Origin: Candidatus Saccharimonadota bacterium
Lineage (GTDB): Bacteria; Pseudomonadota; Gammaproteobacteria; Enterobacterales; Enterobacteriaceae
Assembly: GCA_049942965.1 (NCBI GenBank)
Contig: CP188088.1
Location: 450,001 to 482,000, forward strand
Direction of reading: 5' to 3'
DNA length: 32,000 bases
This document shows, piece after piece, positions 9,685 through 17,133 of this stretch. A program made the translations under genes and the position numbers. The number at the start of each line of letters is the position of its first letter. Positions within the stretch are counted from its first letter, which is position 1. Below the pieces are notes generated by a model. The model was not told where the DNA came from. It made no database searches and saw only the letters and a program-made list of their open reading frames with translations.

Positions 9685-11070
9685 TTATTTTTCAAATATT
9701 TTTTTCAGTTCTTTAATTGAATTACAAAAATCAACATTGGTATTTATAGACTGTTGTAAAAAATGATTTAGCTTATCATATTTACTAATAGATTCATCAA
9801 TAGCAGAATTAGTACCAGATATATATGCTCCTATATTTATTAGTTCTTTGTTTTTTTTATAAATAGACATCAATTGTTTAAAACGCAACATATAAGAATG
9901 ATGTTCAACCGAAACTAATCCTGTCATAACCCGACTTATAGAAGATTCAATATCTATTGCTGGATAAATTCCTAGTTTTGCTTGTTCTTTAGAAAGAACT
10001 AAATGTCCATCTAAAGTAGATTTAGATATATCTGCAATTGGATCATTTCCTTCGTCTTCTTCTGTTAATACTGTATAAATAGCACTCATAGATCCTGATT
10101 CTAAAGAAGAGTTTCCTGCTCTTTCTAATAAATGCGACAATTTAGAAAAAACAGAAACAGGGTAACCTTTAGAAACAGGTAATTCTCCCATTGATAATGC
10201 TATTTCTCGTAAAGACATTGCATAACGAGTTAAAGAATCAATAATTAATAAAACATTCTTTTTTTTAACATCTCTAAAATATTCAGCAATTCTAGTTGCA
10301 AACACAGCTCCTTGAATTCGTAATAAAGGAGATGAACCTGCTGGTTCTGCTATAATCACAGACTTAGCAATTCCAAAAGGACCTAAAACATTATCTATGA
10401 ACTCTTTAATTTCTCTACTTCGTTCTCCAATTAAACCAATAACAACTACATCAGAAGAACAATATTTTGTAATCATTCCTAATAAAACACTTTTACCTAT
10501 TCCAGAAGTAGAAAACAATCCAATCCGTTGTCCTAATCCAATGGTGAATAATGAATTTATAGATCTTATTCCAACATCCAATATACTATTTATTGGTTTA
10601 CGAAACATCGGGTTGGTTGTAGTATTACTAATACTATCATATATATCAGGAACAAAACTTCCTAATCCATCAATAGTATTACCTCTACTATCTAAAACAC
10701 GACCTAACATATTTTCACCAATAGGGAATTGCTGTTCTAAAAAAATATTTTTTTCTTTGTTAGATTCTGAAATAATAGGAAAAACCCGATCTCCTGGACA
10801 AACCCCACTAATTATACCATCTAAGGGAATGATAAACATAAGATTTTTTTTAAATCCTATTACTTCAAAAATTTTTCTATAAAGATTATTTTTTTCCTTT
10901 TTTTTAATAAAACAAAGCGAACCTACTGGTAAATTGATACCACTAATCAATAAAACTAGTCCTTGAATAGTAACTACTGAACCTGAATAAATAGAATCAT
11001 TAATTTTTTTTGCTTGTTGTTCAAGAAAATCAATCGTATCAATAAATATTTTTCTTCCTTTTATTATCAT
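9685..11070 (-). CDS. fliI: Flagellum-specific ATPase FliI
   Basis: Walker A is GLFSTSGIGKSVLLGMI and Walker B is VLLIIDSLTRYA. Extensive colinearity with E. coli FliI includes MLGRVLD..G..IDG, AIYTVL.E.D and DGH.VLS. The ATG overlaps the fliH stop (TAATG). Confidence 0.96.
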   Translation of the reverse strand: MIIKGRKIFIDTIDFLEQQAKKINDSIYSGSVVTIQGLVLLISGINLPVGSLCFIKKKEKNNLYRKIFEVIGFKKNLMFIIPLDGIISGVCPGDRVFPIISESNKEKNIFLEQQFPIGENMLGRVLDSRGNTIDGLGSFVPDIYDSISNTTTNPMFRKPINSILDVGIRSINSLFTIGLGQRIGLFSTSGIGKSVLLGMITKYCSSDVVVIGLIGERSREIKEFIDNVLGPFGIAKSVIIAEPAGSSPLLRIQGAVFATRIAEYFRDVKKKNVLLIIDSLTRYAMSLREIALSMGELPVSKGYPVSVFSKLSHLLERAGNSSLESGSMSAIYTVLTEEDEGNDPIADISKSTLDGHLVLSKEQAKLGIYPAIDIESSISRVMTGLVSVEHHSYMLRFKQLMSIYKKNKELINIGAYISGTNSAIDESISKYDKLNHFLQQSINTNVDFCNSIKELKKIFEK

Positions 11071-11807
11071 TAATATTTATCTCTAAAAACAATTAATTGA
11101 CAAAATTCTTCCCATCGAGTAGTTATGCAAGAATCGATTTTACCTCCGTTAGAAAAAAAAATTCTACAACCTCCTTTATTTATATTAATATCTCCAACTA
11201 TTTTCCAACCATGATTTGAAAAAATATCTTTAAAATTATTTTCTACTAATAATTTATTATCAGGATGAATATGCAATTCTAATTTTTTAAAAACCATAAA
11301 ATCTTTATTCAATTTTTCTTTAAGATTTAATGTTAATTTCTCTTCATTAACTGAAGAAGTAGTATCTCCAACTATTTTTTTTACAATTTTTAATATTAGT
11401 TTAACTAATCTGGCAGACATCATTTCTTCTAATGACTCTAAAGAAAATTTTAAATCTTTTAAAAAATTCTCAATATTTTTAAAAAATTTTATTTTTTCTT
11501 TTTTAAAAGTAGATAATTTTTTCTTTAGAATTAGCTGTACATTTAATTTTTCTATTTCTTCTTCTTTTTTATTTTCATTTATTAAAAAATTTTTCGTCTT
11601 AAAAGAATTACTACTATTATTACTAACAACAGAATTATCATGTATATTTCCAAAATTTTTGTTAAAAGATGCATTAACTATCTCTTCAGAATTGTTAATA
11701 ATTTTTTTATTTTTAAATAACTTATTTTTTATTCTCTTTTCATCCATAGATAAGTCATTTGGATACCATTTTTTCCATTTTTTAGAAGATAATACAAATC
11801 TAGACAT
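11070..11807 (-). CDS. fliH: Flagellar export ATPase regulator FliH
   Basis: The gene lies between fliG and fliI, and its C-terminal domain contains GGC.I....G.IDS (E. coli GGCLVE...G.IDA). I place the start at ATG 11807, 4 nt after the fliG stop. The ORF-track start at 11843 is a TTG that would overlap fliG by 32 nt. Confidence 0.8.
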   Translation of the reverse strand: MSRFVLSSKKWKKWYPNDLSMDEKRIKNKLFKNKKIINNSEEIVNASFNKNFGNIHDNSVVSNNSSNSFKTKNFLINENKKEEEIEKLNVQLILKKKLSTFKKEKIKFFKNIENFLKDLKFSLESLEEMMSARLVKLILKIVKKIVGDTTSSVNEEKLTLNLKEKLNKDFMVFKKLELHIHPDNKLLVENNFKDIFSNHGWKIVGDININKGGCRIFFSNGGKIDSCITTRWEEFCQLIVFRDKY

Positions 11808-11811
11808 AGAG

Positions 11812-12795
11812 TTATTCCAATGGATCAATCGATATTTTTTCAATTCTTAATAAATTTCTAATCAAATGTACTACAAAATTTTTCTCTTTTTCTATTTCTA
11901 CTTTAGAAAAATAAATTTTTTTAGAATATTCTTTTCTGAAATTATTTATATCAATCTCATTCATATTTCTTAAAAATTTCTCTTGTATATTGCGATCAGA
12001 AACCTTTAGAATTTTAACTAATTTATTTAAGTTTAATTCCTTCACTAAAACTTTTAAATAAAAATCTTTTAAATCAATAATATCTTCAAATTTAAATCCA
12101 AAACAAATAATTTTTTTTACTGTCATTAAATCTAAAAACTTCATTTTCTTTAAAACATTTATTTTTTTATTTTTTTCCATTAATCTTAATAAATTATTGG
12201 TTGCACGTATGCCTAATACTTCTCCAAAAATTTCTCGTTTTTGTTTTAGAATCTTTTTAAGAGTCCTAGAAAATAAAATTTTAGTACATCTTTTTATAAC
12301 TTTAATTTTTGAAATTTTTAAAATAATTTCAATTTTTGTAGAATCATCAAAAATATTTAAAGTTTCTAAAGCTAAATTTCTATTTATATGAAAAAAAATC
12401 ATAGCAATAACTTGCAAGTGTTCATTTTTAATCAAAAAAAATAACTCATTAGCTACAAGAAGATTTAGTTCTTTTAAATAATTATCTATACTTTTAATTT
12501 CAGATTCTTCATTAAATAAAAGTTCTGTTTCTTGACATCCAAAAAAATTTCCTAAATTTTTAAACAAATTGTTTTTAATAATATTAGATATTGAATTTTT
12601 TTGTTCTAAAAAATCATTGTTAAATTCCTTAAATACTACATCAATATCTTCAGAAGTGATGTTTTTTATAGAACATACAGCGCTAACTAATTTTTTTATT
12701 TCAGTAGAACTTAAATGCTTTAATACCTTAGATGATTTTTCTAAATTCATAGACATCAATAAAACAACACTTTTTTCTACACCATTAAGTATCAT
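11812..12795 (-). CDS. fliG: Flagellar rotor/switch protein FliG
   Basis: Matches E. coli FliG at the N-terminus (GVEKSVVLLMSM versus GTDKSVILLMTI) and in EKFLRNM at the same residue numbers (272-278). The start overlaps the fliF stop (ATGA). Confidence 0.9.
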   Translation of the reverse strand: MILNGVEKSVVLLMSMNLEKSSKVLKHLSSTEIKKLVSAVCSIKNITSEDIDVVFKEFNNDFLEQKNSISNIIKNNLFKNLGNFFGCQETELLFNEESEIKSIDNYLKELNLLVANELFFLIKNEHLQVIAMIFFHINRNLALETLNIFDDSTKIEIILKISKIKVIKRCTKILFSRTLKKILKQKREIFGEVLGIRATNNLLRLMEKNKKINVLKKMKFLDLMTVKKIICFGFKFEDIIDLKDFYLKVLVKELNLNKLVKILKVSDRNIQEKFLRNMNEIDINNFRKEYSKKIYFSKVEIEKEKNFVVHLIRNLLRIEKISIDPLE

Positions 12796-14555
12796 GATTT
12801 ATCACCATTCATCCATTTTTTAATAATTGAAGCAGTGATTTTTGATTTTTTTTCTATCATTTTTTTTAAAGAATCATTAGATTTCTTTTTATTATCAAAT
12901 TTAATATCTTCGTCGATACTTTTTTTATTATCTTTATCTAATTTATTGTTCTCTAAATTTTTTGATCTATTTTTTTCTGGTGTTCCTAATTTATTATTCT
13001 CTAATTTATCTAATTTTTCTGTTTTGTTCTTTATTGAATCAGATTTAGGGGAAGATACAGAAGGAAAAAATGTTTTATTTTTCTTGTTTTTGTCTGGAAA
13101 ACTAGAATTGTTTAGCTTCTTTTTATATTTTAAAAATTTAAATTGATTCAATAATATTAAGAATATTAAAAAAGTAATAAAGTATAAATACGTATTATTT
13201 ATTGAAATATTATCTTTGTGATTATTTTTTAAAAAAGAATTATTAGCTACATGTATTTTTCGTTTGTGGTCTTGTGAATCGTTAAAGAAAAAAGATTTTG
13301 TAACATTAATATGATCTCCTCTTTCTTTAGAAAAACCAATTATTCCAGTTATAACTTCTCTAATTTTTTTTAAATGATGATCATTTAAAAAAAATTTTTT
13401 TCCATTTGAAGTATTCAATACTTTATTCACTAAAACGGAAACTGAAATTTTATTTATTTTACCAGGATTAATTTGAACATCTTTAGTAACATGACTCAAC
13501 TCATAATTAACATTACTATTCCTTTTCGAAACATAATTTTTAAAATCTTCTGGTTTTATTTTTGAATCAATCTGTCTATTTTTTTTTAAATCATTCGAAT
13601 CTTTTTGTTTTCGTAATGAATTAATTATTGAAGAACTATCTTGATATTTAACAGTTCCCTCTTCTGATCGAATAGATTTGTCCTTATTATAAAAATTAGG
13701 ATAATATCTTTTTTCTTTAATTTTTTTTGTGTTTAAATCAATATTAGCTTTTACTTGAACATGAACATTATTTTTTCCTAACATAGGAAATAAAACAGAT
13801 TCAATTTTCGACTTATAATTTTCTTCTATAAAGTTTATATAATTAAAACGTTTATAACTTAGATCTAGATCATTGTTTTTTCTATTTAAAAATTGACCAA
13901 ATTGATCTAAAATAACAATATTTTTTGTAGACAAACCAGACACACTATTTGAAATAAAGCGTGTAATTGAATTTATTTGATTAGTATTTAACGTATTATC
14001 TGAAAATAAAGTTAAAATAATCGAAGCGGAAATCTTCTTTTTTTCATCTAAAAAGATAGATTCTTTTGGAAGAGACAAATGAACTTTTACATCTTTTATT
14101 CCATGAATTAAAAGTATGCTTTTAGCTAATTCTTTCTCTAAAATTAATTGATTGTTTTTTTCTTCAGAGAAAAAATTAATAATTCCATTTTTTTTTTCAT
14201 TTGATAAATCAGATTCTGAATTTGCAATATTTTTAGAAATTCCTTTTTCGGACAATAATAAACGAACTTCATATAGTTGTTTTTTTTGAACTAAAATACC
14301 ATCAGATCCTTGAGATATACGATAAGGAATGTGCATTTTCGTTAACTGAAGGACAATCTCTTCCTGATCTTTCTGAGATAAATTATCATATAACAACCGA
14401 TAAGAATCTTCCCTAATCCACAAAAATAAGGAAAAAAAAATCGCTAATAAAAAAGAAATCGATATAAGCATTAATTTTGAATTCATGTAAAAACGACTAA
14501 AAAAATTTTCAATAAATTTCTTTGAATTAAAATTATTTGTTTTACCAACGTTCAT
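12792..14555 (-). CDS. fliF: Flagellar MS-ring protein FliF
   Basis: This 587-aa ORF has an N-terminal TM segment. Colinear FliF motifs include LY..LS..D..EIV..L....IPY and G.I.V......VRL.L. The C-terminal FliG-binding tail ASIIKKWMNGDKS compares with E. coli ALVIRQWMSNDHE. AGGAAG lies upstream of the ATG. Confidence 0.92.
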   Translation of the reverse strand: MNVGKTNNFNSKKFIENFFSRFYMNSKLMLISISFLLAIFFSLFLWIREDSYRLLYDNLSQKDQEEIVLQLTKMHIPYRISQGSDGILVQKKQLYEVRLLLSEKGISKNIANSESDLSNEKKNGIINFFSEEKNNQLILEKELAKSILLIHGIKDVKVHLSLPKESIFLDEKKKISASIILTLFSDNTLNTNQINSITRFISNSVSGLSTKNIVILDQFGQFLNRKNNDLDLSYKRFNYINFIEENYKSKIESVLFPMLGKNNVHVQVKANIDLNTKKIKEKRYYPNFYNKDKSIRSEEGTVKYQDSSSIINSLRKQKDSNDLKKNRQIDSKIKPEDFKNYVSKRNSNVNYELSHVTKDVQINPGKINKISVSVLVNKVLNTSNGKKFFLNDHHLKKIREVITGIIGFSKERGDHINVTKSFFFNDSQDHKRKIHVANNSFLKNNHKDNISINNTYLYFITFLIFLILLNQFKFLKYKKKLNNSSFPDKNKKNKTFFPSVSSPKSDSIKNKTEKLDKLENNKLGTPEKNRSKNLENNKLDKDNKKSIDEDIKFDNKKKSNDSLKKMIEKKSKITASIIKKWMNGDKS

Positions 14556-14730
14556 GAAATCTTCCTATTTTATAAGTAAACTTTTAATATTATTCAAGAA
14601 AAAAGATATGTCTGGAAAATTATTTTTATAACATTTTTACATAAAAAACATATAAAAATTATTTCTGTAAATAAAATTTTTTTAAAACTAAAAAATCTTT
14701 TCTTAAGAAATTATAAACAATTCTTCTTAA

Positions 14731-14759
14731 TTGATTTTAAAAAATACTTTATTTAATGT
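14731..14759 (+). promoter_or_regulatory. Sigma-70-type promoter candidate for fliE
   Basis: The elements are TTGATT (14731-14736), a 17-nt spacer and TAATGT (14754-14759), 54 nt upstream of the fliE ATG. AT-rich context makes chance matches likely. Confidence 0.3.
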
Positions 14760-14813
14760 ATTGTATACTGATATACTAAAAAAAAATCTATAAATATTTT
14801 TATTGAGGTAATT

Positions 14814-15098
14814 ATGTTTATTGAAGGTCTAAAAATGATCGAAAATGCAAATCCAAATTTCAATAAGTTTTCGACTTTGTCAAATAAATTCAGTTCTGAA
14901 TTTAAAAAAAATATTTTATCATCAAAAAATGAAAATAATTTTTCAGATCAAAAAATTTTTCTAAATAAAATAAATGATGTCTCTTTACCTAAAATAATGA
15001 TTGATTTACAAAAATCATCCTTATCTTTACAATTAGCAGCAAAAATTAGCAATAAATTAGTATCTGCTTATCATGAAATTATGAATATGCCTGTCTAA
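14814..15098 (+). CDS. fliE: Flagellar basal-body protein FliE
   Basis: The gene is divergent from fliF, as in enterobacteria. The C-terminus LQLAAKISNKLVSAYHEIMNMPV compares with E. coli [23 protein letters not shown]. GAGG lies 8 nt upstream of the ATG. Confidence 0.9.
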   Translation: MFIEGLKMIENANPNFNKFSTLSNKFSSEFKKNILSSKNENNFSDQKIFLNKINDVSLPKIMIDLQKSSLSLQLAAKISNKLVSAYHEIMNMPV

Positions 15099-15124
15099 AG
15101 GTTGTTTATTTAAATTATATTACT

Positions 15125-15158
15125 TGTTCACTACTTCACAATAAGCTAGTAGTGGACA
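15125..15158 (+). terminator. Hairpin downstream of fliE (weak terminator candidate)
   Basis: The stem pairs 15125-15135 with 15148-15158 (11 bp including one U.G in the + strand RNA). The core is CACTACT/AGTAGTG and the loop is 12 nt. The downstream tract TTATTAAC is only weakly U-rich. Confidence 0.35.
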
Positions 15159-15173
15159 TTATTAACAAATATT

Positions 15174-15247
15174 TGGAGTAGAGCGGATTCGAACCGCTAA
15201 TCTTTTGCATGCCATGCAAGTGCTTTTCCAAAATAAGCTACTACCCC
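15174..15247 (-). tRNA. alaX: tRNA-Ala (anticodon GGC); 3' CCA not encoded
   Basis: The reverse complement folds as a cloverleaf: GGGGTAG-TA-GCTT-ATTTTGGAA-AAGC-A-CTTGC-ATGGCAT-GCAAA-AGATT-AGCGG-TTCGAAT-CCGCT-CTACTCC-A. The G3:U70 alanine identity pair is present. The sequence is near-identical to E. coli tRNA-Ala(GGC) in the anticodon arm and T arm. Confidence 0.95.
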
Positions 15248-15298
15248 TTTAATTTTAAAAAAAATATGTTAAAGATAAAATCTTTAATAGTTATAAAT

Positions 15299-15327
15299 TT
15301 TATAATTAAAAAAACTAAATATGTCAA
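15299..15327 (-). promoter_or_regulatory. Sigma-70-type promoter candidate for tRNA-Ala
   Basis: On the minus strand the elements are TTGACA (a perfect -35, 15327-15322), a 17-nt spacer and TATAAA (15304-15299), 51 nt upstream of the mature tRNA 5' end. Confidence 0.45.
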
Positions 15328-15411
15328 TTTAAAATTTTAAAAACTTGAAAAACATCTTAATTTTTAAAAACATTTTTGTAAAATTATAAAATTTATAAAA
15401 AACAAATAATT

Positions 15412-16815
15412 TTATTCAAAAATTTTAATAAAATTTTTAATTCTTAAAATACATTTCTTTTTTCCAAGAAGATATAATATACTTGTAATACATGGAGCAT
15501 GTTCTTTTCCAGTTAAAGATAATCTAATAATTTTACCAACTTTACTAAAAGATATTCCTAATTCCAGTGAACAAAGTTTAAGTAATTTAGATAACTTTTC
15601 TACTTTCCAATCATGAAAAAAAATTATTTTTTTTAAAAAAAATTTTAAAATATAAACATTTTTAATGTTAATATTCTCTTTTAATTTTTTATAATCAATA
15701 ATTAACTCTTCATAAAAAAAACGAGAAGATTCTACTACATCTGTTAATGATGAACATCTATTTTTCATTAATTCAAATACTTGTTTTATGTCTGGACCGT
15801 TTTTAATTTCGACTTTTTGTTTCAAATAAAAAATTTTTAATTCATTAATTATATCCGATTTTGATAAAATATTCATATAACGTTTATTAATCCATATTAA
15901 TTTCTTTTTATCAAATAAACTAGATGATTTAGTTATTTTTTTTAAAGAAAAAAATTTTTTCATTTCTTTAATCGTAAATATTTCTTGATTTCCATGGGAC
16001 CAACCTAATCTTAGTAAGTAATTGATTATAGCTTCTGGAAAAAATCCTAATTTTTTATATTCCAAAACATCAAAAAAACTATCTTTATCTCTTTTAGAAA
16101 TTTTTTTTCCATTATGATTTAATATCGTTGATAAATGGGCATAAATAGGAGCTTTTTTTTCTAAAGATTGCAAAATGTTAATTTGTCTAACTGTATTGTT
16201 TATGTGTTCTTCACCTCTCAGAACATGAGTAATTTTCATATCGTAATCATCAATTACTACTGAAAAATTGTACGTCGGAAAACCATTTGACCTTTTTATT
16301 ATTAAATCGTCTAGCTCATCATTCCAAAATTCAATTTTTCCTCTAACTTGATCTAAAAAAACAACTTTTCCCTTTTTTGGATTACGAAATCTAACTACGT
16401 ACGAAATATTTGAATCGTAATAATCATCTGGTATATTTCTACATTTTTCATCATATTTCGGTTTTTTGCCTAATGTGATTTGCTTTTTTCTTAAATTTAA
16501 TAGTCTTTCAGTTGAACAGTAACATTTATAAGCTATTTTATTTTCTAACATTAATTTAATTATGTAATTATAACGAGCTAAACGACTACTCTGAAAATAA
16601 GGCCCTTCATCCCAATTTAAATTCAACCATTTCAAACCTTTCATAATAGAGTTGTTATAAAAATTACTAGATCTATTTATATCTGTATCCTCTATCCGCA
16701 GTAAAAATTTTCCATTGTATCGTTTAGCAAATAACCAAGAATATAGAGCTGTTCTTGCTCCTCCTATGTGCAAAATTCCAGTAGGACTGGGAGAAAAACG
16801 AGTTTTAACTTGCAT
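15412..16815 (-). CDS. gltX: Glutamate--tRNA ligase
   Basis: Matches E. coli GltX in KTRFSPSPTGILHIGGARTALYSWLFAK...G.F.LRIEDTD, plus the KISKR (KMSKS-type) motif. I place the start at ATG 16815 (MQVKTRF), because the ORF-track start at 16830 is a TTG. Confidence 0.95.
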   Translation of the reverse strand: MQVKTRFSPSPTGILHIGGARTALYSWLFAKRYNGKFLLRIEDTDINRSSNFYNNSIMKGLKWLNLNWDEGPYFQSSRLARYNYIIKLMLENKIAYKCYCSTERLLNLRKKQITLGKKPKYDEKCRNIPDDYYDSNISYVVRFRNPKKGKVVFLDQVRGKIEFWNDELDDLIIKRSNGFPTYNFSVVIDDYDMKITHVLRGEEHINNTVRQINILQSLEKKAPIYAHLSTILNHNGKKISKRDKDSFFDVLEYKKLGFFPEAIINYLLRLGWSHGNQEIFTIKEMKKFFSLKKITKSSSLFDKKKLIWINKRYMNILSKSDIINELKIFYLKQKVEIKNGPDIKQVFELMKNRCSSLTDVVESSRFFYEELIIDYKKLKENINIKNVYILKFFLKKIIFFHDWKVEKLSKLLKLCSLELGISFSKVGKIIRLSLTGKEHAPCITSILYLLGKKKCILRIKNFIKIFE

Positions 16816-16914
16816 ATTATATGATCCCAATCAATTAAAAGTTATATTTTTAATTAAAAATTAGTTGAAAAATATTTTTAAAAAAATTATATTTTAAAAT
16901 TTTAAAAAAAAAGA

Positions 16915-16942
16915 TTGACTACTTCTTTGTAATCCTTAAAAT
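16915..16942 (+). promoter_or_regulatory. Sigma-70-type promoter candidate for the tRNA-Val/tRNA-Lys operon
   Basis: The elements are TTGACT (16915-16920), a 16-nt spacer and TAAAAT (16937-16942). The -10 ends 20 nt before the mature tRNA-Val 5' end. The site is divergent from gltX, as the valU operon is in E. coli. Confidence 0.5.
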
Positions 16943-16962
16943 AGAAGGTTAGTTACAACTAA

Positions 16963-17035
16963 GGGTGATTAGCTCAGGTGGTAGAGCGCCTCCTTTACAC
17001 GGAGGATGTCGGCGGTTCAATTCCGTCATCGCCCA
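16963..17035 (+). tRNA. valU: tRNA-Val (anticodon UAC); 3' CCA not encoded
   Basis: The cloverleaf is GGGTGAT-TA-GCTC-AGGTGGTA-GAGC-G-CCTCC-TTTACAC-GGAGG-ATGTC-GGCGG-TTCAATT-CCGTC-ATCGCCC-A. It is near-identical to E. coli tRNA-Val(UAC) and is followed by AAAAA rather than CCA. Confidence 0.96.
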
Positions 17036-17048
17036 AAAAAATAAATTA

Positions 17049-17121
17049 GGGTTGTTAGCTCAGTCGGTAGAGCAGTTGACTTTTAATCAATTGGTCGCAG
17101 GTTCAAATCCTGCACAGCCCA
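17049..17121 (+). tRNA. lysV: tRNA-Lys (anticodon UUU); 3' CCA not encoded
   Basis: The sequence GGGTTGTTAGCTCAGTCGGTAGAGCAGTTGACTTTTAATCAATTGGTCGCAGGTTCAAATCCTGCACAGCCCA is near-identical to E. coli tRNA-Lys(UUU). It is followed by TAA rather than CCA. Confidence 0.96.
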
Positions 17122-17133
17122 TAAATAAAATCA

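Noticed and set aside
10397-13146. Plus-strand ORFs at 10397-10882, 11659-11850, 12197-12391, 12569-12823 and 12835-13146, antisense to fliI, fliH, fliG and fliF.
   Set aside because: All are nested in strongly supported flagellar genes, have no independent homology and have shadow-ORF composition.
14569-14597. A TTGAAT-17-TATAAA promoter-like match directly upstream of fliF on the minus strand.
   Set aside because: The -10 element ends only 13 nt from the fliF ATG. A start site about 7 nt downstream would fall inside the AGGAAG Shine-Dalgarno sequence and leave no usable leader. It is probably a chance AT-rich match, and the real fliF promoter is likely further upstream in 14598-14813.
4283-15098. 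The idea that the flagellar cluster represents a novel secretion system.
   Set aside because: Every gene is an orthologue of a known fli gene in conserved enterobacterial order. The filament-less export-apparatus interpretation is already established for Buchnera.
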